Assembly (NCBI GenBank): GCA_964016885.1
Contig: OZ024743.1
Location: forward strand, 162,998,001 to 163,062,000
Origin: Eledone cirrhosa
Lineage: Eukaryota
DNA: 64,000 nucleotides
Reading direction: 5' to 3'
Under the pieces are notes generated by a model. It saw only the letters and a program-made list of their open reading frames with translations. It was not told the origin of the DNA and did no database searches. The translations under genes and the position numbers were made by a program. Below, in pieces: positions 1 through 13,583 of the stretch. The stretch's first letter is position 1; each line of letters begins with the position of its first letter.

Positions 1-730
1 CTTTGAACATGGCTGCGACTGTGGCTCCTGAGACCAGATTTGCTCAAGCAAATTTTTCCACACTCAGGGCACTTCAATTCAATGGAGACACCGATCGTTT
101 CGAGAGATACACCAGGGCATTGCTTACGCACATCCCATTTGATCTTCTCGTGCTCTATGCGTCTGTCCTCAAAATTATGGACCCCATCATTCACCATTCC
201 ACGCCAAGTTTCTCTTTCAAGAGCTTCTATCTCCCAGTCAGCCATCATCAAACCAGTTTTTTTCAATGTGTCCTTTACGCAATCCTTGAATCGGAGCTTT
301 GGTTTGTGAGGTGGTCTCTTACCCCCACAAAGCTCGCCATACAAGAGTTGTTTTGGGATTCGATCATCCTCCATTCTTCCGAGGTGTCTGGTCCATCGCA
401 AACGCCGTTGATGGATGATACTCTCAATGCTCCGACACTCACTTCTCTCAAGGACCTCAAAATCACTCACATGCATCTGCCACTTGATTCCGAGCATCTT
501 TCTGAGACACTGCTGGTGAAACCGTTCCAGTCTGTGGATATGCTGTTTGTAGGCAACCCATGTCTCACATGCATACAACAAAGCTGACAGTACACATGCA
601 GCATACACTCTCACCTTGGTCCTCATTGTGATTCCTCGCCTGCACCAAAGACGGTTGTTGAGCCTTCCAAATGACTCACTTCCCCTACTAACACATAGAC
701 CAACATCTGCATCCAGAGAGCAGGTCACAC
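1..730 (-). mobile_element. RTE-clade LINE, 3' part of ORF2 (post-RT region plus C2H2 zinc finger), 5'-truncated, one frameshift
   Basis: Manual minus-strand translation gives TKVRVYAACVLS/LLYACETW...LERFHQQCLRKMLGIKW...RRLRWTRHLGRMEDDRIPKQLLYGEL...KLRFKDCVKDTLK...CPECGKICLSKSGLRSHSRSH, the typical RTE C-terminus; runs off the window start. Confidence 0.85.
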
Positions 731-794
731 TCAGAATACTCCCCAAATTATCAATTGAGATTGGGAGACGGTAGAAGGATAATAAAGAGAATGA

Positions 795-1636
795 GAGAGG
801 GATGTGTAGAAGTATGAAGTTGGAGGGTGAGATGTGATAGGGATCAGGAGCTGTAAGGTCTGAAACAGCTGCTGTATTTGGTTGGTGTTGCATTTTCGGC
901 CAATGCTGTGGAATGAGTGGAAGATACTAAGTAGGAATTGTTGAAATTGTGGAGTTGGGTAGTAAAAGGTAGTACAGCTGCTGTGATTGGTTAGTATAGC
1001 ATGGTCGGCTAATGCTATCTTTAAGTTGGTGGGGTGGGGGTGCTGAGGCTGCAGAGGGCCGATGGGCTGCCTCGGGGTGGGCGATGGGGGAAGGGAAAAA
1101 CGAGCGAGGAGGGGGATCGATGGTGGAAGGAAGTGATGGGAGGGGACGGGAGGAAGAGGAAAGCATGGGGGGGGGGGGGGGGGCAGGTACATCTGCCTAT
1201 GTAAGCTGAGGTTTCCCCTATCTTGTTCGGCAAGTGGGGTTTTTCAGCCCTTGTTTTCTTCTTCCCCCTGTCTCCTCCTTTCACTTCCTTCCACCGTCGA
1301 TCTTCTTCCTCGTTCGTTTTTTTTCCCCTTTCGCCTACCCCGAGGCGGCCCATCGGGCCTCTGTATCCTCGGTACCCCCACCCCAGTAGCTTGAAGATGG
1401 CATTGGCCGATTGCGCTAACTAATCATAGCAGCTGTGTTGGACCCCAGAGATTTTGTATTGCTTTTTGCTGCCCAATTCTACAATTTCAATAATTCTTGT
1501 TTGGTGTCTTCTATTCTCAACTCATTCTACAGGATTGGCCGAAGGAGCAGCACCGACTAGATGTAGCGGGTATTTTGGACTTTGTAGTTTTTGTTTTTTG
1601 TCACATCTCACTTTCCATGTTTTTGTGTATCTTTCT
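795..1636 (+). repeat. Long imperfect inverted repeat (arms ~795-1165 and ~1253-1636) predicted to fold as a G.U-rich RNA hairpin
   Basis: Arms align by hand over ~370 bp; nearly all differences are G.T pairs on the + strand; spacer has a G17 run and two small hairpins. Confidence 0.9.
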
Positions 1637-1669
1637 GTATGTACATAAATCTGTATACATACCCGCACA

Positions 1670-1789
<120 letters not shown>

Positions 1790-2078
1790 AGAAAGTAAGT
1801 CCATATAATCATTTGATAAAATATATACAGTATTTCTCCTCCCAATCAGCATAATCAACTACATAAAAAATCAATTAAACGGGGCTATAAGTTTAAAATG
1901 TACCTATGAAGAAATAATAGATAAATAAATGATAGCTATTTATCCACGATCAACAGCCACAGAAGATTTACCTAGTATTTCTAATAGCCCGTAGAAACTG
2001 ACTAGACACATAGCCAACCATACACAATTAGGTACAAAATCAAAGCTAGAAGAAAAAATGTACATAAACATACCAAAA
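1790..2078 (-). repeat. Diverged copy of the PLE terminal segment also present at 11706-11980
   Basis: Shared blocks gataaaatatatac, ctcccaatcagcataat, gtagaaactgacta, aaccatacacaattaggt, tagaagaaa..tgtacata; abuts (TA)n. Confidence 0.65.
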
Positions 2079-2079
2079 T

Positions 2080-2166
<87 letters not shown>

Positions 2167-2583
2167 GAATATATATATATATATATTCCTGGTTCTAAGC
2201 AGAACGAAAACCTGTTGATAAACTGAGTCCTCTGTTCAGTCACCAATACCACGATCTTGCCATTCAAGTAAGTCTGATATTTGATTTCGGATTCAGAGAA
2301 ACACTTTAAACGTATGCCCGTTTGATTTGTCCAGGTGTATTTTTCTCAACCTGATTAGTTCTATCGTTCCTTTGGTATATATTGTGTGTTAGTTTAGCCT
2401 ATCACAATGTTCGATTTATCAAGCTATTTAAACATATGTTATAACTCAGACCTATCTTATCGAGTGCTTTGCTAACTCATCACTTCATATAAGTAGGCCG
2501 AATTTACTTGCAAACCGCCAGAGATTCGATTTTACTGATTTCCAATTATATATATATATATATTCAAGAAGTTATATATATAT

Positions 2584-2703
2584 ATAGGAAAAAGTATGAC
2601 CCCGACGGCAGAGCTCAAGCCGTTTCGACGGCTATTTCTATGAGTCCAGAAATAGCCGTCGAAACGGTTTGAGCTCTGCCGTCGGGGTCATATTTTTTCC
2701 TAT
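2584..2703. repeat. 56-bp-arm hairpin containing the 3' half of a hammerhead motif
   Basis: Arms 2584-2639 and 2648-2703, 8-nt loop, 2 mismatches; right arm reads GAAA-cgg..ccg-TC-gggg. Confidence 0.85.
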
Positions 2704-3172
2704 TTCCCACTCTACTACCCTAAGTACTGAGTACTCTGGTGCGTTATGGTCCATCTGGTTCCTTACCACATTTCCTTTGATATGTATATATATATTTATA
2801 TATACATATATATATATATTATAGTTAAATATATATTCAGCGAGAATCGCATTTCGGCTGGTAGAAAAAGCGAAACGAAACGCAAAATCGTAGAAATGCT
2901 GGCAAGCGCTCCAATAGTTAAGAAAACTAGAGCTAAACAATATGTTAAAACGCCATACAAACTGAAAAGTGGTCAAGAAGGCATTAACCATCTAAGCCAA
3001 AAAACATCAAGCTAAACAGGTCAAACAAAATAAATGATATAAGTTATAAAAAAATATATATATATATATTTATATATATATATATATATATATTTATATC
3101 CAGGAAAAACTCGAACCGTTAAGTTCTTCTTTCCTGGTTATGTCAATATTTATAAAACAAACTTTGTATTGT

Positions 3173-3216
3173 ATTTTATCTGATGAGTGCGTGCCAAAGT
3201 TTTGGTACCCTTGAAA

Positions 3217-3222
<6 letters not shown>
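3173..3222 (+). ncRNA. Truncated type-I hammerhead motif running into (TA)n
   Basis: ttttat-CTGATGA-(gtgccaaa/tttggtac stem II)-GAAA-tata then microsatellite; 3' strand of stem I missing. Confidence 0.55.
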
Positions 3223-3278
<56 letters not shown>

Positions 3279-3699
3279 CATCCACACATACATATATCTA
3301 CTCAAGCACATACAAACATGTGTAAACATATATACGCACATCTACCTATGTACGCACGTATACACTGACGTACAAAAGTTCAGACACACGCACGCACACT
3401 TACGCTTAATCACACGTATAGGCATGATACTACAAGGTACATTGGGAGGTAGTAGGGGAACAGATATGAATAAATAAAATAAAATAAAAAACAAATATAA
3501 AAATATGAATAAAAGCATAAAGGGACGTGTTGACAACGAAAGGTGGGGTGGGGGGGGGGGGGGGGTAAATAACATTATAAAAAAATATATATATAAATAA
3601 ACATACGTAAAAATACACACACACACACACACACGCGCGCGCATAAAGGTATACATACAAACACACACATATAATATGTATATATATATGTCGTACGAG

Positions 3700-4179
3700 A
3701 ATAAATCCAGGATGCAGTTGCAGGAAGCCGGATGAATGCCCATTACAGGGCAAATGTAATACCAAATCCGTTGTATATGAGGCCAAAGTGACACCTTTGA
3801 TTAACAACCAGCCAGGAGTGAACGATATGTTGGCATGACTCAGGACAGGTTCAAAACCAGGTTTTATTCACATGTCGCCTTTTTAAAACACTCTGATAAA
3901 AGAACAGCAACGACTCTCGCAAATAAAGTGTGGGAATTCAAAGATAAAAACATCCCGTACTCTATCGATTGGTCTATCTTAGACCATTCGAGGGATTACA
4001 AAAGGGGCACAAAGAATTGTTCTTTGTGTACCACTGAAAAATTTAGAATTCTACAAAATTTTAAAGCCACTTCAACTTGCCTTAACTCCAAGACCGAGAT
4101 CTTCAGATGTTGTCCTCACCTGAAATCACATCTGCTCTGTAACTGGATTGACATTCCTACGATGACCCAACCACCTTGA
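3700..4179 (+). pseudogene. PLE GIY-YIG endonuclease fragment (5'-truncated, frameshifted)
   Basis: GCSCRKPDECPLQGKCNTKSVVYEAKV / YVGMTQDRFKTRF...CSLCTTEK...EIFRCCPH; homologous to the C-terminus of the ORFs at 21728 and 38654. Confidence 0.85.
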
Positions 4180-4407
4180 ACTTCTTCTTTGCTCTTTACG
4201 CCTTACATTCACTACGATTTTTATTACTCTCTGAACTCACTTTCTGTACCCTTATATTCTTTTTCTCCCTTATCTCCTCTTATATTTAAACTTTTTCCTA
4301 TGTTATTTATTTTTCTTATTGCCCCCTACTTTCTACCTTACCCTTTACATACCCAGCGCTATTTATTTCTGTGTGTATGTATGTATTTGTGTATATGTGT
4401 ATATATG

Positions 4408-4481
<74 letters not shown>

Positions 4482-4624
4482 ATTATATATATGCGTGTGT
4501 ATATATATGTATATATATGTGTGGGTATGTGTGTGTGTTTATATGTGTATATGTGTATTTTTATTTATGTGGTGATGTAACTTTTTGTATATATGTGTGT
4601 GTGTATATAAGTGTGTGTATATAC

Positions 4625-7226
4625 ATCTGGGGACATCTTGACACAGCAAACACATGATGGGAGAGAGAAAATCCTCAACGCTCACATGATGATGTGGACT
4701 GACATCCTAAAGCCAAGCAGACGCACTGCCAACAACTTCCAGGCGTCTAACAATGGCATACCACCCTTGTATGGGCTCCGCAAAGACCACAAGACAGTCG
4801 ACGACCCGACAACAGGACCACCAACTAGACCCGTATGCGGAGCTAATATAGCTAGCAACTACAGGATATCCTACTTCCTCTCAATGGTTATACGCCCCAT
4901 AATCAAGATGTCCCCAGATGTATGTGACAGTACAGAGGACCTCCTCAGCAGAATCAGTGAGTGCAACAAAAACAGGAACCTATCCAACTGCATAATAGGC
5001 AGTATGGATGTGGTATCACTGTACCCATCCATTAACATTGATTTTGCTGTGGAAAAATGTGTGGAGATGATCATTGAGAGTGAGGTGGAGTTCTGCGACG
5101 TCGACACAGACGAACTGGGCCTCCTACTTAGACTTACCTACGACACTGACTACCTAGACAGCCATGACCTTAGACGTTTCTGCCCTAGTAGACCCATAAG
5201 AGGTAGACTCCCCCACCATAACCTCAATGGCAAAAAAGACTCCCATGGGAAGATGGATTGGGTGGACCAAAGCTATACGGACCCCCCCCCAAAACAATGA
5301 TCAGGTAAGAAAAATGGTCGCACATGCAATAGGGGCTAGTATCAAAACTACCCTAAGGGCCACATATTCAAGTTCAACGAGAAGATCTACACCCAAAATG
5401 AGGGAGCAGCCATGGGCGTCAGCATAGCTGGTGATGTTGCCAACCTTTTTATGGTATGGTGGGAAAGGAGACTTAAAGATCTCCTTAATGAGAGCTCCAT
5501 AGACCTCATCATGTACTCTCGTTACGTAGACGATATCAATATAGTTATAAGAACATCCCCACTAGAGAGCACTAACAAGTTTGATTTAGAACGTAGCACA
5601 ATGGAAAGCATCCAGCAGATAGCTAATTCCATACACCAGAGTATAACTGTAACTATCGACTACCCTTCCAAACACCCTAACAATAGACTACCTATATTAG
5701 ACACGGAACTCTGGATTAACACTATAGACGAGAGAGCCCAAATTCTCCACTCACACTATGCTAAACCCATGGCCTCCAAATACCTGATACTCAAAAACTC
5801 AGCAATGTCCAGTAGTGCTAAGTTTAATATTCTGATCGCAGATTTGGTACGAGTGATGAAGAATGTGTCCCGCATGTGCGACCCAACAGCAATGGAAAGA
5901 CACATCCAACACTTCATCAACCGCATGCAGTTCTCTGGCTACAACCAAAGAGACAGAGTCAGAGTATACGAAGGAGCCATGGAGAAGTATAAGACCCTCA
6001 TAGAACTGGACACGAAAGGAATTTGCCCATTATACAGGAGCAAATCATGGAATAGCTTAGATAGGGCTAGACATAAGATAGGGAAAGCCACCTCATGGTA
6101 CGACAACCAGAGATACCAGAGTGTCATGTTTGTGGACGCTACCCCTGGAGGGAAATTAGCTAACCAGTGTAGAAAGGCCCTGAGAAAGACCCACTTAAAG
6201 ATTAAGGTGGTAGAAAAGCCAGGAACCACCATAAAATCCCTGATCAGCAAAGCCTACCCTTTTAAGAAAACCCACTGTACTAATAGGAAATGTATCATAT
6301 GTAAGGTAACCCTCCGGATAAACTGTAAAACTAGAAACGTAGTCTACAGCATAAGATGTACAGAGGGTACTTGCAGAAACATGACAACAACATACATAGG
6401 CGAGACAGCTCGTAGCATAGGTGAAAGGATAGACCAACACTGGGGGGAACTAAAAGGACGAAAAAACGGGTCAGTACTATACGAACATGCCAGACAACAA
6501 CACGACGGTAACATAGACAACATAGAAATTAGAATAATATCTAAACATAGAAATGACCCAGCAGATAGGCAAATCAGAGAGGCCAGTGAAATAGAACTTA
6601 GAAGGCCAAGACTAAACAGAAAGAATGAATGGAATAACAACAACACCCAAACAAACAACACTGACCTAAGAGAAGTATAAATAAATAAATAAATAGATAA
6701 ATAAATAAATAAATACATACACAAGCACAATAACAACAAACACATATAAACACACACTGGTAAACGTGGAATACATTAACCAATACACAGTCACCCAATC
6801 ACGAACACACATCAAACAAAACACTATACACACACGCAAACGCATGCGCAAAGAAGACAAAATAAAATAAACAACAAACAAATAAATAAATAAATATATA
6901 AACAGACTAAATAAAGATGGCGTAGACATACAATGTAACGGGAGGAAACAATAGCACCACTGACGATGTTGCAGATGTGCAACGAAAGAACTTTGATAAA
7001 CTATATATGTGTTTGTGTCCATATTGTATCTGTATTATTTTTGACCGTTGGTCAGTCAATGGCAACATTGAGGACCGAATAAATTAGATTACCGATATAA
7101 AAGACACGGAAACGAAAAGCGAAAACCAACCAAACAGTGAGTGTGTTCTGTTATTAATTCTGGCAATATTACACAAATATGACCCTCCCCAAGTATAACA
7201 ATATTTGTTTCGACACACGATTTCAT
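4625..7226 (+). mobile_element. PLE family A, 5'-truncated; RT + GIY-YIG pseudogene ~4630-6680 with frameshifts near 5213 and 5360; 3' UTR with HHR; ends in (TA)n
   Basis: PPLYGLRKDHK, TRPVCG, SMDVVSLYPSI, GAAMGVSIAG, YSRYVDD, LPILD, NVVYSIRC..C..YIGETARSIGERIDQH. Confidence 0.9.
6955..6996 (+). ncRNA. Minimal hammerhead-like motif of family A (copies 7492-7532 -, 12388-12428 - degenerate, 13250-13292 +)
   Basis: CTGACGA-t-gttgca(gatg)tgcaac-GAAA-gaac-TT; stems I and III weak. Confidence 0.6.
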
Positions 7227-7242
7227 ATAAAAAACCTCGTAA

Positions 7243-7296
<54 letters not shown>

Positions 7297-7302
<6 letters not shown>

Positions 7303-7835
7303 ATACTTGGGGAGGGTCATATTTGTGTAATAATATTGCCAGAATTAATAACAGAACACACTGTTTGGCTGGTTTTCGCTTCTGTGTCTTTTATATCGGT
7401 TAATTTAATTTATTCCTCAATGTTACCATTGACTGACCAACGGTCAAAAATACAGATACAATATAGACACAAACACATATATATAGTCTAACAAAGTTCT
7501 TTCGTTGCACATCTGCAACAGCGTCAGTGGTGCTATTATGTTTCCTCCTGTTGTATTGTATGCCTACGCCATCTTTATTTAGTCTGTTTATTTATTTATT
7601 TATTTATTTATTTAGTTTGTCTTCTCTGCGCATGCGTTTCCGTGTGTGTATAGTGTTTGATGTGTGTTCGTGTTTGGGTGATTGTGTATTGGTTATTGTA
7701 TTCTATCTTAGTTTACTAGTGTGTGTTTATAGGTGTTTGTTGTTATTGTGCTTGTATATGTATTTATTTATTTATTTATACTTATCTTAGGTCAGTATTG
7801 TTTGTTTGGGTGTTGTTGTTATTCCATTCATTTTT
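7297..7835 (-). mobile_element. PLE family A 3' end, inverted copy
   Basis: Reverse complement of ~6625-7205 with scattered substitutions; tail abuts (TA)n. Confidence 0.9.
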
Positions 7836-10800
7836 TCTGATCTAATCCGCCGTTACCACTCTCTGAACTTTCCCCCCACACCCTCCCCTCCTCCCTCACA
7901 CACCCAAACCCCACCACTTGTTGTCACCATACCCCCTGACCTCCCCCTCTCCGCACCTGAGCGTCCACTCATCAGTAGAGGCCTTCTCTTCATACCCCAC
8001 ACTCTGCACAGCGACGAGTTCCGCACCCGAACGGAAGTCGAGCGATTCGTGCGACGCACGAAGCTACAAGCATTTCGATCAAACGACACCGGCTCCGAAC
8101 GCCCCAGACCCGTTTCTCGCCCTAGGCCGACGACCATCGTCTTGGACGCCGGTCCCAGGGCAATTTAGCACCCTGGACGCGTTCGTCGATGCCTGCGGCA
8201 TAACATCTCATGGGGCGAACTCCTCGCTCTCCGCTCCCTCCGTAGCCGAGATGACATCGTCATCAAACCGGCGGACAAGGGAGGCGCTGTGGTGGTGTGG
8301 TGCGCTGACCTCTACACGGCTGAAGCCCTCAGGCAGCTCCGTAACCCCCTCTTCTACCAACAACAAGTTTCCTCCACCATCCAACACCTTGTCTCCTCCT
8401 CCCTCCTACCGCTTCCCACCTCATCGTCCGCACCGCCCGCACCCCCACTATCTACTTCCTCCCCAAACTCCACAAACCCGACAACCCCAGCCGCCCCATC
8501 GTCTCCGCTTGCAACTGCCCTACCGAACTCATCTCCGCCTTTCTTGACTCCATCCCCCCCGTCACCACCCTCCCCTCCCACATCTCCGACACCAACCACG
8601 CCCTTCGCCTTTTCGACTCTTTCACCTTCCCACCCGGCCCACAACCCTTCCTCTTGACCCTAGATATCAAGTCGCTCTATACTGTCATCCCCCACTCCGA
8701 CGGCCTACGTGCCCTCAAGCACTACCTCGACCTTCGCCCCTCCCCATCTTCATCCACCCCCACCCTCCTTCGCCTCGCCGAGCTGGTCCTCATCCTCAAC
8801 TGTTTCTCCTTCTCGGGTGAGTTTTTCCAACAGGTCACGGAGGTAGCCATGGGCACAAGAATGGGCCCAAACTATGCCAACCTTTTCGTTGGCCATGTTG
8901 AGGCCCAAATCTTTGCCCAGTACACCGGCCTCACGCCCGAGATGTACGGTCGTTACATCGACGACTGTATCGGAGCCACGACCCTCACCCGAGAACAGCT
9001 CGACTCCTTTCTCTCCTTCTTCTGATCCTTCCACCCCTCCCTCCACTTCATCACCTCTATCTCCACCACCCACGACCACTTCTTAGACATCTCCGTCGCC
9101 TTCGACCCCTCCCACCACTCCCTCGTCACCTCCGCCTTCTTCAAACCCACCGACTCCCACTCCTACCTCGACTTCACCTCCACCCACCCCACACACACTA
9201 AACACTCTATTCCCTACTCCCAACTCCTCAGGATCCGCCGCCTCTGCAGCCGAGATGCTGATTTTGCGTCCCAGGCCCTTTCCCTAGTCAGCCATTTCAT
9301 CCGCAGAGGTCCCCCCCCCTCGTCCACACCGCCCTCACTCGCGCCCGTGCTGTCCACCGCTCCACCACCCTCACCCCACGCCACCACACACCCACCCACT
9401 GTCTCCCCTTCCTCATCACCTACCACCCCTCCATCCTCCCCCTCTACCGCACCATCCTCCGCCTCTTCCGACGCCTCCAGCCAACCCCTCCACCTCACAC
9501 ATCTTCCCAGCCCCACCACTCCCCTCCTTCAAACGCGCACGCAATCTCCACACCCTCCTCGTCCGCAGCTCTCTACCCCCCAATCCACGCTCTCTTTCCC
9601 ACCCCGGTTCCCTTCCCTCTTCCAGGCCTCGTTGCAACACCTGTCACCACATCGCCAACACCACCACCTTCCAGGGTCCCAACGGCCACTCTCTCTCTGT
9701 CCGGCACGCCTTCCGCTGCACCTCCTCCAACCTAGACTATGGACTTCGCTGCACGGAGTGTAGCGCAACCTACGTCGGACAACCTACTGGACTTCGCCTG
9801 GCGGACCGTTTCACCGAACACCTCCGGGATATTCGTCTCGGCGGGAGTTGCCCCATCGCCCGCCACTTTGGCTCCCCTGGACATTCCGCGCACCACCTCA
9901 CAGTCTGTGGCCTACTCCAGTGGCCTACTCCAATGCCACGGAACACTCGCCACCCTCCTCAGGGTCGAACAACGCACCATCTTCACTCTACAGACCCACA
10001 CTCCCCACCCCTATTCCTTTAGTCCCCCCCTCGCCCCCCTCCACATATCCCCCACTAACACCACTAATACACTCCTCCTTTTCATCGCCCACCCCACAAC
10101 TAACAATACTAACATCCCCCCCTCCCCCTATCACGCACACACCCACCGGTACATATATATACACGAACTCACACTATCCACACACCCTACTACCACCACT
10201 AACCCTCACCCACACATCCACTCCCACCACCCCACAACTAATATCATTAACATCCCCCGAACCCACGCACACGAACACACACACCCACCCACGCCCACTT
10301 ACACCACCCACTCTACACACCCTACCACCACTGACCCCCACTAACACACCCGCATTCAACCCTTTCCCCACCACCAGTATACTAACACCCACTAACACCC
10401 CCTTCACCACACTACACTCCCTCCACCGTCCCCCACACCTTTCTCTCCCTCTCCTCGCTCCACACACACACACACATCCCACTAACACCTCTACTAATAC
10501 ACCCCCCGCACGACCCCCTCCCCACTCCACCTTTCACACCTACCCATCCTCTACCCTGGCCACCGCACCTCCGCACACACTGGCACACCGAATTTCCCCA
10601 CCTGCCATTCTCCTCTACTGCTGCTATGCCTTGACCCTCTAACCACCTCTCCGCACACATAGCCACACAGCCCTCTCCACCTGTCATTCACCTCTACCCT
10701 CCTTCTGCCTTGACCCTCTGACAACTTCCTGTTGCGCGCGCGCCCCACATCTCCTCTCTTCCGACCAACTCAACCACGGATTACACACATTGGACATCGC

Positions 10801-11186
10801 TCCCAACAATCAACTCCATCACAAGGAAAATATCCGGCAACTCACCACACCCTTTACGGAACTACCTTAGCAACTTACCCACGGACATACACTCACAACA
10901 TTGTTTTTCCCACACGGCACCTACATCCACAATACGTATAAACACCACACACACGTGCGTACCCCCACATATTTACACACTCAGCCTCCGGAATCCTCCC
11001 CCTCCCCCCCTTATTTTCTAGATATCTCTCCCCCACTCCCCGACACACCCTTGGAACTCTCTTCCCATACACTTTTCTCCTGAAGAAGGGCTTATGCCCG
11101 AAACGTCGCCCCCCCCCCACTCTCAAGAGCGTGAAACTAATAAACCTTTGTTCGTACTGCCTCTCTGTTTTGTTCCCGTTCCATTT

Positions 11187-11190
<4 letters not shown>
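7836..11190 (+). mobile_element. PLE family B (Neptune-like), C-rich; decayed RT + GIY-YIG pseudogene ~7840-10000, long C/A-rich 3' UTR, HHR, ends in (TA)n
   Basis: IKPADKGGAVVVW, YLLPKLHKP, LDIKSLYTVIPH, MGTRMGPNYANLF, RYIDD, FKPTDSHSYLDF, IPYSQLLRIRRLCS, CTECSATYVGQ, DRFTEHLRDI across several frames. Confidence 0.88.
11077..11109 (+). ncRNA. Minimal type-I hammerhead ribozyme (family B)
   Basis: CTGAAGA-a-gggc(ttat)gccc-GAAA-cg-TC; palindromic stem III acgt. Confidence 0.8.
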
Positions 11191-11231
<41 letters not shown>

Positions 11232-11574
11232 TTTATCTTGTGCATTTGCTTACCACGTGTGTTTGTTTATTTATTTTTATTTCTGCTTTTCTCCTCTTCT
11301 GTATCGCTGTCAACTCAATAATAATTTTTATTTCCTTAATTCTTATTTTTTATTTTTATATTTTTATTTGTATGTGACTGCCTAATTCAGTATATGTTTG
11401 TTCATTGATTTTTATTTATTCTTATAATTATATGTGTGTGCGTATGTAGGTATATATATATATATATATGTGTGCGTATGAATGTGTGTATATGTGTGTA
11501 TGTATGTGTGTGTATGTATGTGCGTATATATGTATATGTGCGTATATATGTATATGTGTCTATATATATATATA

Positions 11575-12150
<576 letters not shown>

Positions 12151-12182
12151 TATATACATACACACATATATATATATATATA

Positions 12183-13535
12183 TACTTGGTGAGGGTCATA
12201 TTTGTGTAATATTGCCAGAATTAATAACGGAACACACTCACTGTTTGGTTGGTTTTCGCTTTTCGCTTCTGTGTCTTTTATATCGGTAATCTAATTTATT
12301 CGGTCCTCAATGTTGCCATTGACTGACCGACGGTCAAAAATAATACAGATACAATATAGACACAAACACATATATATATATAGTTTATCAAAGTTCTTTC
12401 ATTGCACATCTGAAACATCGTCAGTCGTGGTATTGTTTCCTCCCGTTACATTGTCTACGCCATTTTTATTTAGTCTGTCTAAATATATAGACAGACTAAA
12501 TAAAAATGGTTGTTGTCTGGCATGTTCGTATAGTACTGACCTGTTATTTCGTCCTTTTAGTTCCTCACAGTGTTGGTCTATCCTTTCACCTATGCTTCGA
12601 GCTGTCTCGCCTATTTATGTTGTTGTCATGTTTCTGCAAGTACCCTCTGTACATCTTATGTTATAGACTACGTTTCTAGTTTTACAGTTTATCCGGGGGT
12701 TTACCTTACATATGATATCGTAGCATAGGTGAAAGGATAGACCAACACTGGGGGGAACTAAAAGGACGAAAAAGCGGGTCAGTACTATACAAACATGCCA
12801 GACAACAACACGACGGTAACATAGACAACATAGAAATTAGAATAATATCTAAACATAGAAATGACCCAGCAGATAGGCAAATCAGAGAAGCCAGTGAAAT
12901 AGAACTTAGAAGGCCAAGACTAAACAGAAAGAATGAATGGAATAACAACAACACCCAAACAAACAACACTGACCTAAGAGAAGCATAAATAAATAAATAA
13001 ATAGATAAATAAATAAATAAATACATACACAAGCACAATAACAACAAACACATATAAACACACACTAGTAAAGATAGAATACATAGAATACAATCACGAA
13101 CACACATCAAACAAAACACTATACACACACGCAAACGCATGCGCAAAGAAGACAAAATAAAATAAACAACAAACAAATAAATAAATAAATATATAAACAG
13201 ACTAAATAAAGATGGCGTAGACATACAATGTAACGGGAGGAAACAATAGCACCACTGACGATGTTGCAGATGTGCAACGAAAGAACTTTGATAAACTATA
13301 TGTGTTTGTGTCTATATTGTATCTGTATCATTTTTGACCGTCGGTCAGTCAATGGCAACATTGAGGACCGAATAAATTAGATTACCGATATAAAAGACAC
13401 AGAAGCGAAAAGCGAAAACCAACCAAACAGTGAGTGTGTTCTGTTATTAATTCTGGCAATATTACACAAATATGACCCTCCCCAAGTATAACAATATTTG
13501 TTTCGACACACGATTTCATATAAAAAACCTCGCAA

Positions 13536-13538
<3 letters not shown>
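12183..13538. mobile_element. PLE family A head-to-head fold-back: 12183-12716 (-) and 12717-13538 (+), with an internal hairpin at 12460-12508
   Basis: Both parts match 6300-7226; both outer ends abut (TA)n. Confidence 0.88.

Positions 13539-13583
<45 letters not shown>

Noticed and set aside
3-587. 194-aa + strand ORF
   Set aside because: Antisense shadow of the RTE LINE frame on the minus strand
9739-10748. Pro/Thr/His-rich and Gly/Val-rich ORFs
   Set aside because: Products of the C-rich low-complexity 3' UTR of PLE family B and its complement
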